From contig CBDCNQ010000001.1 in NCBI GenBank assembly GCA_965219445.1, forward strand, positions 224,001 through 288,000: DNA of 64,000 nt, given 5' to 3'. This document shows positions 8,970 to 21,107 of the stretch, one piece after another. Below the pieces are notes generated by a model, which saw only the letters and a list, made by a program, of their open reading frames with translations, had not been told where the DNA came from and did not search any database. The DNA comes from Longimicrobiales bacterium. GTDB lineage: Bacteria; Gemmatimonadota; Gemmatimonadetes; Longimicrobiales; Gaopeijiaceae. The number at the start of each line of letters is the position of its first letter. Within the stretch, counting starts at the first letter, position 1. The translations under genes and the position numbers were made by a program.

Positions 8970-10787
8970 ATGCAGCCCACCGACACCTCAAACCCCGACT
9001 ATTACCACAAGGTCGTAGACTGCCAATGGGGGTGCCCCGCCCACACGCCGGTCCCGGAGTACATAAGGCTGATCGGCCAGGGCCGGTTCACCGAGTCGTA
9101 CATGCTGAACCGGGAGTCGAATGTCTTTCCCGGTGTTCTGGGAAGGACCTGTGATCGCCCCTGTGAGCCCGTATGTCGGCGTGTCCGGGTCGAAGACGAG
9201 CCCGTCGCGATATGCAGGCTCAAGCGCGTGGCCTCGGATCTCAGGGGCGATGTCGCAGACCTGCTCCCGAAGGTGCCCGAGGAAAAGAACGGCAAGCGCA
9301 TCGCGCTGATTGGAGCCGGCCCCGCTTCGCTGACCGTGGCCAACGACCTGATGCCGTTGGGATACGAGTGCGTGCTTTTCGAGAAGATGGATCGGCCCGG
9401 CGGCCTGATGCGGACAAACATTCCGTCCTTCCGTCTTCCCGGGAGCGTACTGGACGAAGAGATCGACATGATCCTCGATATGGGCGTGGAGGTGCACTAT
9501 AGCCACCCCATCGACAGCCTCAAGAAGCTTCTCGACCAGGACGGATTCGACGCCGTATTTATCGGGACGGGTGCGCCCAAGGGCAAAGAGCTCCGCATCC
9601 CCGGACGAGACGAGGGCGCCGCGGACATCCACATCGGAATCGATTGGTTGGAGTCCGTCCATTTCGAGCACACCGACTCCATCGGTGAGCGGGTGCTGAT
9701 CATCGGTGTCGGAAATACCGCGATGGACTGCTGTAGGACGTCGAAGCGGATCGGCGGGAAGGATGTCCGTGTCATCGCCCGAAAGGGTCGCCCTTACTTC
9801 AAGGCCTCCGCTTGGGAACTCGATGACGCCGAAGAAGAACTCATCGAGATCGTCGAGAACCATTCGCCAAACCGATTCGTGATCGAGGACGGACGGCTGG
9901 TGGGCATGGAGTTCGACATCGTCGAGTGGGCGCCCGACGAGAAGGGCCGGCTCGTCAGCACGAAGATCGATTCGACAGTGATCCCCTGCGACGATGTGAT
10001 CTTGGCAATCGGGCAGGACAACGCGTTCCCGTGGATCGAGCGTGACATCGGCATCGAGTTCGACGAATGGGACATGCCGGTCGTCGATCGCACAACATTC
10101 CAGACCACGCGAGACGGCGTGTTTGTCGGTGGAGATGCTGCGTGGGGCCCCGAGAACATCATCTGGGCCGTGGAGCATGGACATCAAGCGGCCATCTCCA
10201 TTCATGCGCTCTGTGAGGGAGGGTCGCTCACCGACCGGCCGCCGTACGGCATGAACCTCGTCTCACAGAAGATGGGGCTTCACTCATGGAGCTACGGGAG
10301 TGCCTACGACGATTCCGAGCGCTCCAGGATGAACCATGTCGAGTTGGTAGAGCGTTTCAAGGCTCTCGAGGTCGAGGTGGAGTTGGGCTTCGACGCCGAG
10401 CAGACGGCCGTCGAAGTGGCCCGCTGCCTCAACTGTGATATTCAAACAGAGTTCACGTCGAGCCTCTGCATCGAGTGCGACGCGTGTATCGACATCTGCC
10501 CTGTCTATTGCCTGACGATGACCGAGAACGAGCCGGAGGAGGAGCTCAGGCTTCACCTTACCGCCCCCGCCGAAAATACCGATCAAGATCTCTACGTATC
10601 GAAGGACCTTCCGCAAACCGCTCGCGTGATGGTCAAAGACGAGGACCTGTGCGTGCACTGTGGTCTGTGCGCAGAGCGCTGCCCCACAGCCGCGTGGGAC
10701 ATGCAGAAGTTCGACTTGCTCATCCCTTATGCCGGAAGACCGACGTGGATCGAAACTCCCGAGACCCTACTAACGACTTCGTCATAA
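8970..10787 (+). CDS. GltD-like FAD/NAD(P)H oxidoreductase with C-terminal 2x[4Fe-4S] domain (KorC-like)
   Basis: CQWGCP, GRTCDRPCEPVC, IGAGPA, IGVGNTAMD, CIECDACIDICP, CVHCGLCAERCP. Confidence 0.9.
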   Translation: MQPTDTSNPDYYHKVVDCQWGCPAHTPVPEYIRLIGQGRFTESYMLNRESNVFPGVLGRTCDRPCEPVCRRVRVEDEPVAICRLKRVASDLRGDVADLLPKVPEEKNGKRIALIGAGPASLTVANDLMPLGYECVLFEKMDRPGGLMRTNIPSFRLPGSVLDEEIDMILDMGVEVHYSHPIDSLKKLLDQDGFDAVFIGTGAPKGKELRIPGRDEGAADIHIGIDWLESVHFEHTDSIGERVLIIGVGNTAMDCCRTSKRIGGKDVRVIARKGRPYFKASAWELDDAEEELIEIVENHSPNRFVIEDGRLVGMEFDIVEWAPDEKGRLVSTKIDSTVIPCDDVILAIGQDNAFPWIERDIGIEFDEWDMPVVDRTTFQTTRDGVFVGGDAAWGPENIIWAVEHGHQAAISIHALCEGGSLTDRPPYGMNLVSQKMGLHSWSYGSAYDDSERSRMNHVELVERFKALEVEVELGFDAEQTAVEVARCLNCDIQTEFTSSLCIECDACIDICPVYCLTMTENEPEEELRLHLTAPAENTDQDLYVSKDLPQTARVMVKDEDLCVHCGLCAERCPTAAWDMQKFDLLIPYAGRPTWIETPETLLTTSS

Positions 10788-12568
10788 AAGTCGCCACGGT
10801 CAACGGTACCGGCTCCGCCAGTGCGAACGGCATGCTCATGCAGGCCATCTTCCGCATGGGCGTGCCGGTCTCCGGAAAGAACGTGTTCCCCTCCAACATC
10901 CAGGGACTACCGACTTGGTATGAAATCCGGGTGAACAAGCACGGCCATTTGGCCCGCAGCCCGAACGTCGACCTGATGGTGGCGATGAACCCAAAGACGT
11001 ACGAGCAGGATATTGCCGAGGTCCGTCCCGGGGAGGCCGTCCTCTACGACTCGAGTTGGCCGCTCGACGAAGGGCTCCGTCGCGCGGACGTGATGTTCTT
11101 GGGTGTTCCTCTGTCGCACATGTGTGTGGAGAACTTCAAAGGTGCGAGAGAGCGCATCCTGATGAAGAACATCGCATACGTGGGGGCGGTGGCCGCACTC
11201 CTGTCCATCGATCTCGAGGTGATTGAAGGAATGCTGGGTGAGAAATTCGGTGCCAAGCAGCATTTGATGGACTCGAATAACGTAGCCCTCCGTCTGGGCT
11301 ACGACTACGCGATGGAGCATTTCGACGGCCTACTCCGGGTTCGGCTGGAGGCGATGGACGCGAATCGAGACTCCGTGGTGATGACCGGGAACATGGCCGC
11401 GGCTCTAGGCTGCGTGTACGCCGGTGCGACCGTGGCAGCGTGGTATCCGATCACGCCGGCGACGTCCCTCATGGACTCATTCCGGGGCTTCTGTGCCCAG
11501 CTCCGCACGGATCCCGAGACAGGCAAGAACCTGTACTGCATTATCCAAGCGGAGGACGAAATCGCTGCGATCGGTATGGTGCTGGGCGCCGGCTGGATGG
11601 GAGCCCGTGCGTTTACGCCCACGAGCGGGGCCGGGATTTCTTTGATGAACGAGTTCATCGGCTTGGCTTATTACGCCGAGATACCGGCCGTCATCTTCGA
11701 TGTACAGCGTGCGGGACCCTCAACGGGCATGCCCACCCGCACCCAACAGGGGGACTTCTTCACGGTGGCGTTCGCCTCCCACGGCGACACGAAGCATGTC
11801 CTGCTGTTCCCGGCCGATCCGCGGGAGTGTTTCTACTTTTCCATTGAAGCGTTCGATCTGGCCGAGCGTTTCCAAACGCCGGTGTTCGTAGTCTCCGATC
11901 TCGACGTCGGCATGAACGACTGGGTGTGCGAGAAGCTCGAGTGGGATGATGCCTACGTTCCGGACCGTGGAAAGGTTCTTTCCGCGGAGGAACTGCAGGA
12001 GATGGAGGGGTTTTATCGGTACCTCGACGCCGACGGCGACGGTATCCCCGCTCGGTCTCTGCCGGGGGTCGATCCCAAGGGAGCGTACTTCACCCGGGGT
12101 TCGGGGCACGACCGATTCGGTCGCTACACCGAAGACCCAGATCTCTACCGAGACGTCGTGGACCGGATCGCGAGGAAGATCGAGGGGGCCGCGGAGGCTC
12201 TCCCCCCCCCGGAAGTCCGCGTTGTCGACGAAGCCACCGTCGGGATCGTCACGGTAGGTGGCTGTCATGGGGCCGTCTTGGAGGCCATCGAAATGCTGGC
12301 GGAGGAGGGGATTGCCCTTGATTACTTACGGGTAACGGGCTTCCCGTTCTCCACCGCCGTCGAGAAATTCCTCCTCTCTCACGACCTCAGCATCGTTGTG
12401 GAGCAGAACCGCGACGGTCAGCTCAGGAGGTTGCTCATGCTGGAGACGGCTGTCCCGAAGAGTAAGATCGCATCTGTGCTGGACTACGGGGGAGCGCCCC
12501 TCAATGCCGAGGTCGTGGTGCAGGGTGTTCGGGATCGGCTAGGGCTCGTCCCGGTGGAAGTCGGGTAA
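10745..12568 (+). CDS. korA: 2-oxoacid:acceptor oxidoreductase alpha subunit
   Basis: NGTGSASAN, WYPITPAT, QAEDEIAA, TSGAGISLM, QRAGPSTGMPT; GTG start inferred. Confidence 0.9.
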   Translation: MDRNSRDPTNDFVIKVATVNGTGSASANGMLMQAIFRMGVPVSGKNVFPSNIQGLPTWYEIRVNKHGHLARSPNVDLMVAMNPKTYEQDIAEVRPGEAVLYDSSWPLDEGLRRADVMFLGVPLSHMCVENFKGARERILMKNIAYVGAVAALLSIDLEVIEGMLGEKFGAKQHLMDSNNVALRLGYDYAMEHFDGLLRVRLEAMDANRDSVVMTGNMAAALGCVYAGATVAAWYPITPATSLMDSFRGFCAQLRTDPETGKNLYCIIQAEDEIAAIGMVLGAGWMGARAFTPTSGAGISLMNEFIGLAYYAEIPAVIFDVQRAGPSTGMPTRTQQGDFFTVAFASHGDTKHVLLFPADPRECFYFSIEAFDLAERFQTPVFVVSDLDVGMNDWVCEKLEWDDAYVPDRGKVLSAEELQEMEGFYRYLDADGDGIPARSLPGVDPKGAYFTRGSGHDRFGRYTEDPDLYRDVVDRIARKIEGAAEALPPPEVRVVDEATVGIVTVGGCHGAVLEAIEMLAEEGIALDYLRVTGFPFSTAVEKFLLSHDLSIVVEQNRDGQLRRLLMLETAVPKSKIASVLDYGGAPLNAEVVVQGVRDRLGLVPVEVG

Positions 12569-12577
12569 AAGAGCCTT

Positions 12578-13633
12578 ATGACACAGACAGCCAAGCCGTC
12601 GGTCCGGCATCCCGGCCTCAAGCCCAACAAGTTCGGGCTTACTCAGCGGGATTATGAGGGGACCCAGTCGACGCTTTGTGCAGGGTGCGGTCACGATTCC
12701 GTTACCGCGGCGATCGTTCAGGCGTTTTTCGAGCTCGATATGCCGCCCCACCGGGTCGCGAAGCTGAGTGGGATCGGATGCTCGTCCAAGACGCCCACCT
12801 ACTTTCTCAGTGAGGCGCACGGCTTGAACTCACTCCACGGGCGTATGCCGTCCATCACTACGGGCGCGAATGCTGCAAACCGCGACCTATCCTACATCGG
12901 AGTCTCCGGAGATGGCGATTCGCTCTCCATCGGGCTGGGGGGTTTTTGCCACGCGATCCGCCGCAACGTGAATATGCTCTACATGTTGGAGAACAATGGT
13001 GTGTATGGACTGACCAAGGGTCAGTTTTCGGCGTCGGCTGATATGGGCAGCACGGCCAAACGCGGCGAGGAAAACCAGATGCGCCCCATCGATCCAGCGT
13101 CTACGGCGCTCGCGTTGGGCGCGTCATTTGTCGCACGAAGCTTCTCCGGAGACAAGAAGCAGCTGGTGCCTCTCATCAAGGCCGGGCTGACTCACCAGGG
13201 CTTCGCGCTCGTGGACATTATCTCTCCGTGCGTGACTTTCAACGACCATGAGGGCTCCACCAAGAGCTATGCCCACACGCGCGAACACGGACATGAGGTT
13301 GTCGAGACAGACTTCGTTCCGCCGCTCCACGAGATTCAGGCTCAACAGGATCACGGAGCGGCAACCGCGGTGACGATGCACGACGGGAGCGTGGTGCGGT
13401 TCAGATCCGTGAGTGAGCACTACGACCCGACCGATAGGGACGCGGCGTACGCCCATCTCAAGGCGCTCCAGGCGGAGGGAGAGGTGGCGACGGGCCTCCT
13501 TTTCATCGAGCCCACGAGTATGGACCTACACGCATTCGAGAATACGGTGGATCAGCCACTCGTCGACGTGCCATTCCAAAAGCTGTGCCCTGGGAGTGCG
13601 GTGCTGGCGAAGCTTCAGTCCCGCTGGCGTTGA
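12578..13633 (+). CDS. korB: 2-oxoacid:ferredoxin oxidoreductase beta subunit
   Basis: LCAGCG, SGIGCSS, HGR, TPP motif GDGD...NNGVYGLTKGQ, SPCVTFN. Confidence 0.92.
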   Translation: MTQTAKPSVRHPGLKPNKFGLTQRDYEGTQSTLCAGCGHDSVTAAIVQAFFELDMPPHRVAKLSGIGCSSKTPTYFLSEAHGLNSLHGRMPSITTGANAANRDLSYIGVSGDGDSLSIGLGGFCHAIRRNVNMLYMLENNGVYGLTKGQFSASADMGSTAKRGEENQMRPIDPASTALALGASFVARSFSGDKKQLVPLIKAGLTHQGFALVDIISPCVTFNDHEGSTKSYAHTREHGHEVVETDFVPPLHEIQAQQDHGAATAVTMHDGSVVRFRSVSEHYDPTDRDAAYAHLKALQAEGEVATGLLFIEPTSMDLHAFENTVDQPLVDVPFQKLCPGSAVLAKLQSRWR

Positions 13634-13652
13634 CGGAGGAAGTGGCCGGCTT

Positions 13653-15503
<1,851 letters not shown>

Positions 15504-15507
15504 TCAT

Positions 15508-15592
15508 GCCGCGCTCCCTACGCCGGTGTCAGCCGGGTCAGGTTCCAAGGGGCTCTCTCAACCCCGATTTTGGGGGTACCCCTGGCGGTTCA
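15508..15592 (-). promoter_or_regulatory. TPP riboswitch
   Basis: Minus strand AGGGGTACCCC..GGGGTTGAGA..CCCTTGGAACCTGACCCGGCTGACACCGGCGTAGGGAGC matches the THI-box pattern; directly upstream of thiC. Confidence 0.93.
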
Positions 15593-15689
15593 CGAGAAAG
15601 ATACTCGGGCTGGTCTCCACCGTAAACTCTCCGAAATGGCCGCCATGGTCGATGTCGCCATGGCCTATGTGGTGGAGGTATCCTCGTGC

Positions 15690-16187
15690 CTACCTGGTGG
15701 CGAAAATGAACGTATAGGTTTCGCCGAGGGCGAACTTGGCATTCAGGGGGATCACGTCCATGAGAGCCAGGCCTAGGGCTCTATCGGACGTCGTGATGGA
15801 AATGCCAATGAGCCCCCGCACCGTGGGGTCACTCGGTACCCCATCGGGAAGAATCCAATTTTCCCAGTCCAGCTGGTAGCGATCACGGTCGAACGAGAAT
15901 CCCGGGGGAAGCTGATGTAGGAGCCCAGGGGGCACCACGCCGGCGTCCTCGTCCGGGGGCCAGGGGAGGTTTTCAAGGGAGAGGCGATTTGCCGCCTCCT
16001 CGATTACGCTGAACGTGGCACTGATCTCAGTCGCTCGTGCCTGTGTCAGAACCTCCTGCATCTGTGGGATGGCGATGCGTGTGAAGATACTCATGAGCAG
16101 CATCACCGTGATCGCCTCTATGATCGTCGAGCCGCGACCTTTCTTCTTGCCGACGCGTGGGGCGCCCGGGTGCTGAGGGGCGCTCAA
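15690..16187 (-). CDS. type IV pilin/pseudopilin-like protein
   Basis: Basic leader KKKGRG|STIIE (G-1, E+5), then a hydrophobic helix and IAIP. Confidence 0.7.
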   Translation of the reverse strand: MSAPQHPGAPRVGKKKGRGSTIIEAITVMLLMSIFTRIAIPQMQEVLTQARATEISATFSVIEEAANRLSLENLPWPPDEDAGVVPPGLLHQLPPGFSFDRDRYQLDWENWILPDGVPSDPTVRGLIGISITTSDRALGLALMDVIPLNAKFALGETYTFIFATR

Positions 16188-16723
16188 TCGAACGCCAGGG
16201 GGTTAAGCACATTCGCACCGGCGCCCACAAACGTGTCGAGAGGTTCGACCGACGAGTACGAGAGCGTCACCCGTCCGGTTCGACCAAGTATGCGGTAATC
16301 ACTGTTCGTAAGCCGGACGTATTCCATGCCTCGAAAAGTGGAGCCCGCGTCATCGAGTGCGAGGGGCACACGCCCCGTACGGAGTAGGTATTGTTCGATT
16401 TTCTGGGCTTGAAAATACATTACGAGACGGAGGGTGGCCTCCTCCTCTTCCACTGGGGGCGGACCGGGAGGGGCAATCCGAAGGACGCTGGGCGGCCAGA
16501 TCCAAATCCATGCAGAGATGGCCGTGGCAAGAATGAGCGCTAAATGCCGTAACCCGATTCCCTGACGCTGGATGCGTAACCTTCGAGCACGGGCCTCGGC
16601 CTCTGTCTTCTCGATCTGCTCGCGTATCACAGCCGCCAGGGCAGCATCTCGCTCATCCGCCTGACTGACCTCCACGTCCACAGACTCTGGAGGCGGGTTC
16701 AGATCTATTGAATCGCTCATCAT
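16184..16723 (-). CDS. single-TM hypothetical protein with GspG-like segment
   Basis: TM LALILATAISAWIWIW; IEQYLLRTGRVPLAL; 4-nt overlap with the pilin-like gene; start uncertain. Confidence 0.6.
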   Translation of the reverse strand: MMSDSIDLNPPPESVDVEVSQADERDAALAAVIREQIEKTEAEARARRLRIQRQGIGLRHLALILATAISAWIWIWPPSVLRIAPPGPPPVEEEEATLRLVMYFQAQKIEQYLLRTGRVPLALDDAGSTFRGMEYVRLTNSDYRILGRTGRVTLSYSSVEPLDTFVGAGANVLNPLAFD

Positions 16724-16849
16724 ATTCGCTCGAATCGGCGTCCCTTCCACCGGGTCCGCTCCCTGGGGAAGGCTATCACAAAGATACTCAGTGAAATTCC
16801 GTAATGCACTCAGTTCCCGCACGCACCTACTAGCTTTTTTGATCCAGAG

Positions 16850-18529
16850 CTAACGCGCAAGCCTCTTGTACTTGATCCGATGGGGTTGTTCAGCCTCTGC
16901 ACCGAGCCTTTTTCGCCGTTCCTCCTCATATTCGTGGTAGTTCCCTTCGAACCACAGGACCTGGCTTCCTCCCTCGAAGGCCAGGATGTGGGTTGCGATC
17001 CGATCCAGGAACCAGCGGTCGTGTGAAATGACCATGACCGATCCCGCGAATGAGAGCAAGGCCTCTTCAAGCGCACGGAGTGTATCGACATCGAGATCGT
17101 TCGTCGGCTCATCGAGCAGCATGAGATTACCACCCTCTTTCAGCAATTTCGCCAAGTGGAGCCGATTCCGTTCTCCGCCGGAGAGCACGCCCACCTTCTT
17201 TTGTTGCTCCGCCCCCCGAAAGTTGAACCAGGACAGGTAGGCTCTCGGATTCACATCGACTCGGCCGAACTTGAGGACTTCCCTTCCCTCCACCACCTCC
17301 TCAAAGACTGACTTGTCCGGATCCAGGGCGGATCTCGATTGATCGACGTATGCGAGCTTGACGGTCTTTCCCAGCCGGACTGATCCCGCGTCGGGCTCTT
17401 CCTGTCCGGTGATCATCCGGAAGAGAGTGGTCTTTCCCGCCCCATTGGGGCCGATGATTCCGGCGACGGCGCCCGGGGGAAGGGTGAACGCAAGGCCATC
17501 CATCAGGAGGTGATCGCCGAAGCCCTTCCTGACCCCGTCGCACACGACGACGTCGTTCCCTAAGCGGGGCCCCTTCGGTATGAGGATCTCGGCGGTGCGA
17601 ATCTGTTCCCGCTCATCCTGCGCCAGAAGCTCCTCGTAGGCACCGATCCGAGCCTTACCCTTGGCGTGCCGCGCCCGAGGTGCCATACGGATCCACTCCA
17701 ACTCGCGAGCGAGCGAGCTCTGGCGCGCAGATACGTGCTTCTCCTCCACACGCAGCCGCTCTCTCTTCTGTTCCAGCCACGAGGAGTAGTTCCCCTTCCA
17801 CGGGACACCCTCTCCACGATCCAGCTCGAGAATCCACTGAGCCACGTTATCGAGGAAGTATCGATCATGTGTGATCGCCACGATGGTTCCGGAAAATTCA
17901 CTCAAATATCGTTCGAGCCAGGCGACCGATTCAGCGTCGAGATGGTTGGTCGGCTCGTCGAGCAGGAGCATGTCGGGCTCTTCGAGTAGAACCTTGCACA
18001 AGGCGACTCTCCTGCATTCTCCGCCGGACAAGGTGGTCACGTCCGCGTCCGGAGGCGGGAGGCGAAGGGCATCCATGGCGATCTCGACTCGACGGTCCAA
18101 ATCCCAAGCGTTGGATGCATCGATCCGGTCCTGGAGGCGGGCCTGCTTTGCGATGAGTTCCTCCATTTCCTCATCCGTCATCGGCTCGGCGAATTTCATG
18201 CTGACCTCTTCGAACTCGTCGAGAAGGTTCCGGGTCTCTCGAACGGCCTCGTCGACGTTGCCCCGGACGTCGAACCCAGGATCGAGTTCGGGCTCCTGAG
18301 GCAGATAGCCGATTTTCGTGCCCTTGGCCGCCCAGGCCTCACCGAGGAAATCATCGTCCAGTCCCGCCATGATCTTGAGCAGCGTGCTCTTGCCCGAGCC
18401 GTTGAGACCGACCACACCGATCTTCGCTCCGTGAAAGAAGGACAACCAAATACCCTTCAGGATTTCTCGCTTGGGGGGGACGATCTTGCGGAGATCCTTC
18501 ATCACGAAGATGAACTGCTGATCGTTCAT
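16850..18529 (-). CDS. ettA: ABC-F energy-dependent translational throttle
   Basis: [16 protein letters not shown], two ABC domains, [25 protein letters not shown]. Confidence 0.95.
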   Translation of the reverse strand: MNDQQFIFVMKDLRKIVPPKREILKGIWLSFFHGAKIGVVGLNGSGKSTLLKIMAGLDDDFLGEAWAAKGTKIGYLPQEPELDPGFDVRGNVDEAVRETRNLLDEFEEVSMKFAEPMTDEEMEELIAKQARLQDRIDASNAWDLDRRVEIAMDALRLPPPDADVTTLSGGECRRVALCKVLLEEPDMLLLDEPTNHLDAESVAWLERYLSEFSGTIVAITHDRYFLDNVAQWILELDRGEGVPWKGNYSSWLEQKRERLRVEEKHVSARQSSLARELEWIRMAPRARHAKGKARIGAYEELLAQDEREQIRTAEILIPKGPRLGNDVVVCDGVRKGFGDHLLMDGLAFTLPPGAVAGIIGPNGAGKTTLFRMITGQEEPDAGSVRLGKTVKLAYVDQSRSALDPDKSVFEEVVEGREVLKFGRVDVNPRAYLSWFNFRGAEQQKKVGVLSGGERNRLHLAKLLKEGGNLMLLDEPTNDLDVDTLRALEEALLSFAGSVMVISHDRWFLDRIATHILAFEGGSQVLWFEGNYHEYEEERRKRLGAEAEQPHRIKYKRLAR

Positions 18530-18664
18530 ACGTTTCTGGAAGGCCGTTGAAGGAGTACAGTGGGCCGTGTTACGCCACTTCTTCAACAGCCTTCTGATCG
18601 AGAGGGTGACACGGAAGGGTGCGTCGGGACGGACAATCTAACGGGCGGGAAAACAGTCCGAAAT

Positions 18665-19909
18665 CTAGGCTGCCACGAACAGCCCAGTGGCGTACATGAC
18701 GATCAGTCCGCCCACCAACCCGGCTGCGTTCAGCGGGCCCCTCAGCCCCTCTCCATGAGATCCCATGGTCCTGCCGAGCACCCCGATGACCTGGACGATG
18801 GCTCCGGCGCCGATCGCCAAGAAGAGAACACTGGCCGTCGGTGAGTAGGAAAATCCTCCGATCCAAGTGCCGAGAATCGTGGGAACTCCCGCGATGAGGC
18901 CGAGGATGGCCAGCTGCACCAGGGACGGCCGTGAACGAGCCAGCGGCGCTACGATGCCGAGTCCCTCTGTCGTGTTGTGGAGCAGAAATCCGAAGACCAA
19001 GCTGGTCCCTAGCGCTACCTCTCCGATCGCATACGAGGAACCGATCGCGAGGCCCTCTCCGAGGTTGTGGAGCCCGATCCCGACGGCGATCAGGGCGGAT
19101 AGGCCCAGAGGACTGAGCGCGGAGTCACGCCGGCCCATGACGCTCACGGCGTGAATGACCAGCGGAGTACCGACCACTCCCAGCACAATGAGGCCGACCC
19201 CCTGAAACGCCGAGGCCACCTGGCCTGACAAGTCGAAGGCTCCCTCCAGCGCATCCACCCCTATGAAGAGCAGCAGACCTACCGTGAAGCTGAGGAAAAA
19301 ATCCACCCAACGCGGACCCACACCGGCAAGAAACGGCAGCCACAACAGTCCCAAGAACACGGGGATGACGCCCACATACGCGCCCAGAAGGGCGAAGGTG
19401 ACAACGTAGGATCGGGTGATCTGCGGAGACTGGGTGGCCACAGCCACTTCCTGCGTGAAGGTGACCCCAGTTGAGCTTAGGACCGAGATCGCCAGAGGGT
19501 CGCCGTCGACCCATGGGTAGGGGACCTCTACCACAATGTCGTCGAGACGGCCGACGAGGCGGTCCGGTGCGACCGTATGCTCCCAGTAGGCGTCGTCCAC
19601 GATCACCTGCGCGACCGTGACGGGCTCCGGGCCGCCGTTGACCATATGGATGCGGATCAGGCCGGGCTCGGGAAATGCGATCCGTTCAAAGGTGAGTTCC
19701 TCGATTGGCGGAAATGCGGCCCGGAATACGCCAACGGGCCCAACGCGGCCGAACACTACCAGTAGGGCCGCCAGGGCGAGCAGTGGGAACAGGCCCTTGG
19801 CGGCCAGGGCCTTGCGCCCCTGAGGAGCCGGGCCGGCCGTGGCATCCGACGGCGGGGCACCGGTCGCCTGACCGTCACCCGTATCCGTAAGGCTCGTGCC
19901 GGAGGTCAA
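18665..19909 (-). CDS. ZIP-family divalent metal transporter with extracytoplasmic N-terminal domain
   Basis: GIGLHNLGEGLAIG and LLHNTTEGLG ZIP motifs; TTG start overlaps the MCO stop (TTGA). Confidence 0.88.
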   Translation of the reverse strand: MTSGTSLTDTGDGQATGAPPSDATAGPAPQGRKALAAKGLFPLLALAALLVVFGRVGPVGVFRAAFPPIEELTFERIAFPEPGLIRIHMVNGGPEPVTVAQVIVDDAYWEHTVAPDRLVGRLDDIVVEVPYPWVDGDPLAISVLSSTGVTFTQEVAVATQSPQITRSYVVTFALLGAYVGVIPVFLGLLWLPFLAGVGPRWVDFFLSFTVGLLLFIGVDALEGAFDLSGQVASAFQGVGLIVLGVVGTPLVIHAVSVMGRRDSALSPLGLSALIAVGIGLHNLGEGLAIGSSYAIGEVALGTSLVFGFLLHNTTEGLGIVAPLARSRPSLVQLAILGLIAGVPTILGTWIGGFSYSPTASVLFLAIGAGAIVQVIGVLGRTMGSHGEGLRGPLNAAGLVGGLIVMYATGLFVAA

Positions 19910-20958
19910 ACCAGGGTACGCGGCTTGACGTCGAGAATGCCCATCCACCCGAGCTCGGCGAATTCGCTTTGGTGGGCATGAAACATGTACCTCCCAGGGT
20001 GATCGTAGGTGAACTCGAGGACCGCGCGTTCACCCTGGCACAGCATCACCGTGTCGGTCCACTCATAACGTTCGAGGTCCGTTCCGGTGCGGTAGAGGCG
20101 GAAGAAATTTCCGTGCAGGTGGAACGAGTTGAGCAGATCGAACTCGGTCATGTTGCCGAGGTAAACCCGCACCAGCTCCCCCTGCTCGATCTCGATGGGA
20201 TGCCTCTGGTAATGATGCGCCACCGTGTTTACGGCATAGACCTCGTTGTCTCCGTCGAAATTGGTATCGAAGCCGTTCATCAGCATCATCATTTCGTTGG
20301 CTTCTGCCCTTTCCTCCGGCGGATCTACGATGAACGCGCCGTACAGACCCTTGTGGATGTGGCGCTTCAAGGGGAGGGAGTGGCAATGATAGAGGTGGAA
20401 CCCCATCGGAGCCGCGTCGAACTCGTATACGAATGTCTCTCCGGGCTCGACAACTTCGAAAACGCCATCCATCGCTGCGGTGTGGATCCCGTGGAAGTGG
20501 ATCGTGTGTGGGTGACTTCCCGCGTTGGTGAAGTTCACCTTCAGCCGATCCCCCTCAGTGCAACGGAGGGTCGGTCCGGGGACCGTGCCGTTGTAGGTCC
20601 ACGCGGCGAAGTGTACACCCGGCGCGACCTCGATTTCACGATCCACTGCGGTGATGGAGTATTCCCGCTGAATCCGGCCGGCCGAGAGCCTCGACACGCT
20701 GCCGTAGTTGAAATCCTTGAGGAACGCAGTGGCGTCGAATCCGGCCGGATCCACGTCACCCTCGACCCCGGCGAGCCCTGGGTTGTGGGCTCCGCCGGCC
20801 CCGTTGAGCGTCGGCTCTGCTTCGACCGGCCTCACTCCAGCCAGCGCCCCTGCCCCGGCCGCCAGGCCGACGGCCCCGGCCACTCCCGACCTAAAAAGGT
20901 CGCGACGTGAGATCCCGGCATGCGCTTGGCCACCCTTTTCGTCTTGCCTGTCGCCCAC
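19906..20958 (-). CDS. Tat-exported two-domain multicopper oxidase
   Basis: SRRDLF Tat motif; HTIHFHG, YHCHSLPLKRHIHKGL, FHLHG, FHAH. Confidence 0.9.
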   Translation of the reverse strand: MGDRQDEKGGQAHAGISRRDLFRSGVAGAVGLAAGAGALAGVRPVEAEPTLNGAGGAHNPGLAGVEGDVDPAGFDATAFLKDFNYGSVSRLSAGRIQREYSITAVDREIEVAPGVHFAAWTYNGTVPGPTLRCTEGDRLKVNFTNAGSHPHTIHFHGIHTAAMDGVFEVVEPGETFVYEFDAAPMGFHLYHCHSLPLKRHIHKGLYGAFIVDPPEERAEANEMMMLMNGFDTNFDGDNEVYAVNTVAHHYQRHPIEIEQGELVRVYLGNMTEFDLLNSFHLHGNFFRLYRTGTDLERYEWTDTVMLCQGERAVLEFTYDHPGRYMFHAHQSEFAELGWMGILDVKPRTLV

Positions 20959-20990
20959 GCTGACTTCCTGGTTAAGGTTCCCCCAATACA

Positions 20991-21035
20991 AAAATTAGTC
21001 GTGCCTAATTTTCAACCAAGCAAGCGGCTTGTCAA
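20991..21035 (-). promoter_or_regulatory. sigma70 promoter with overlapping DtxR/MntR-type palindrome
   Basis: AAAATTAG-TCGTGC-CTAATTTT (20991-21012, perfect 8-bp arms); minus-strand TTGACA at 21035-21030, 17 bp before the palindrome. Confidence 0.78.
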
Positions 21036-21107
21036 GAGTGTCTCATTGAAAGTCGGGCAAATCGCTGTAGACTCGACCGGTGGTGGCCGACCTAAAGGGC
21101 GGATTTT

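Noticed and set aside
19906..20958. Copper nitrite reductase (nirK) call
   Set aside because: It has four HxH motifs for a trinuclear cluster and lacks the NirK HNIDFH-type motif; it fits a two-domain MCO.
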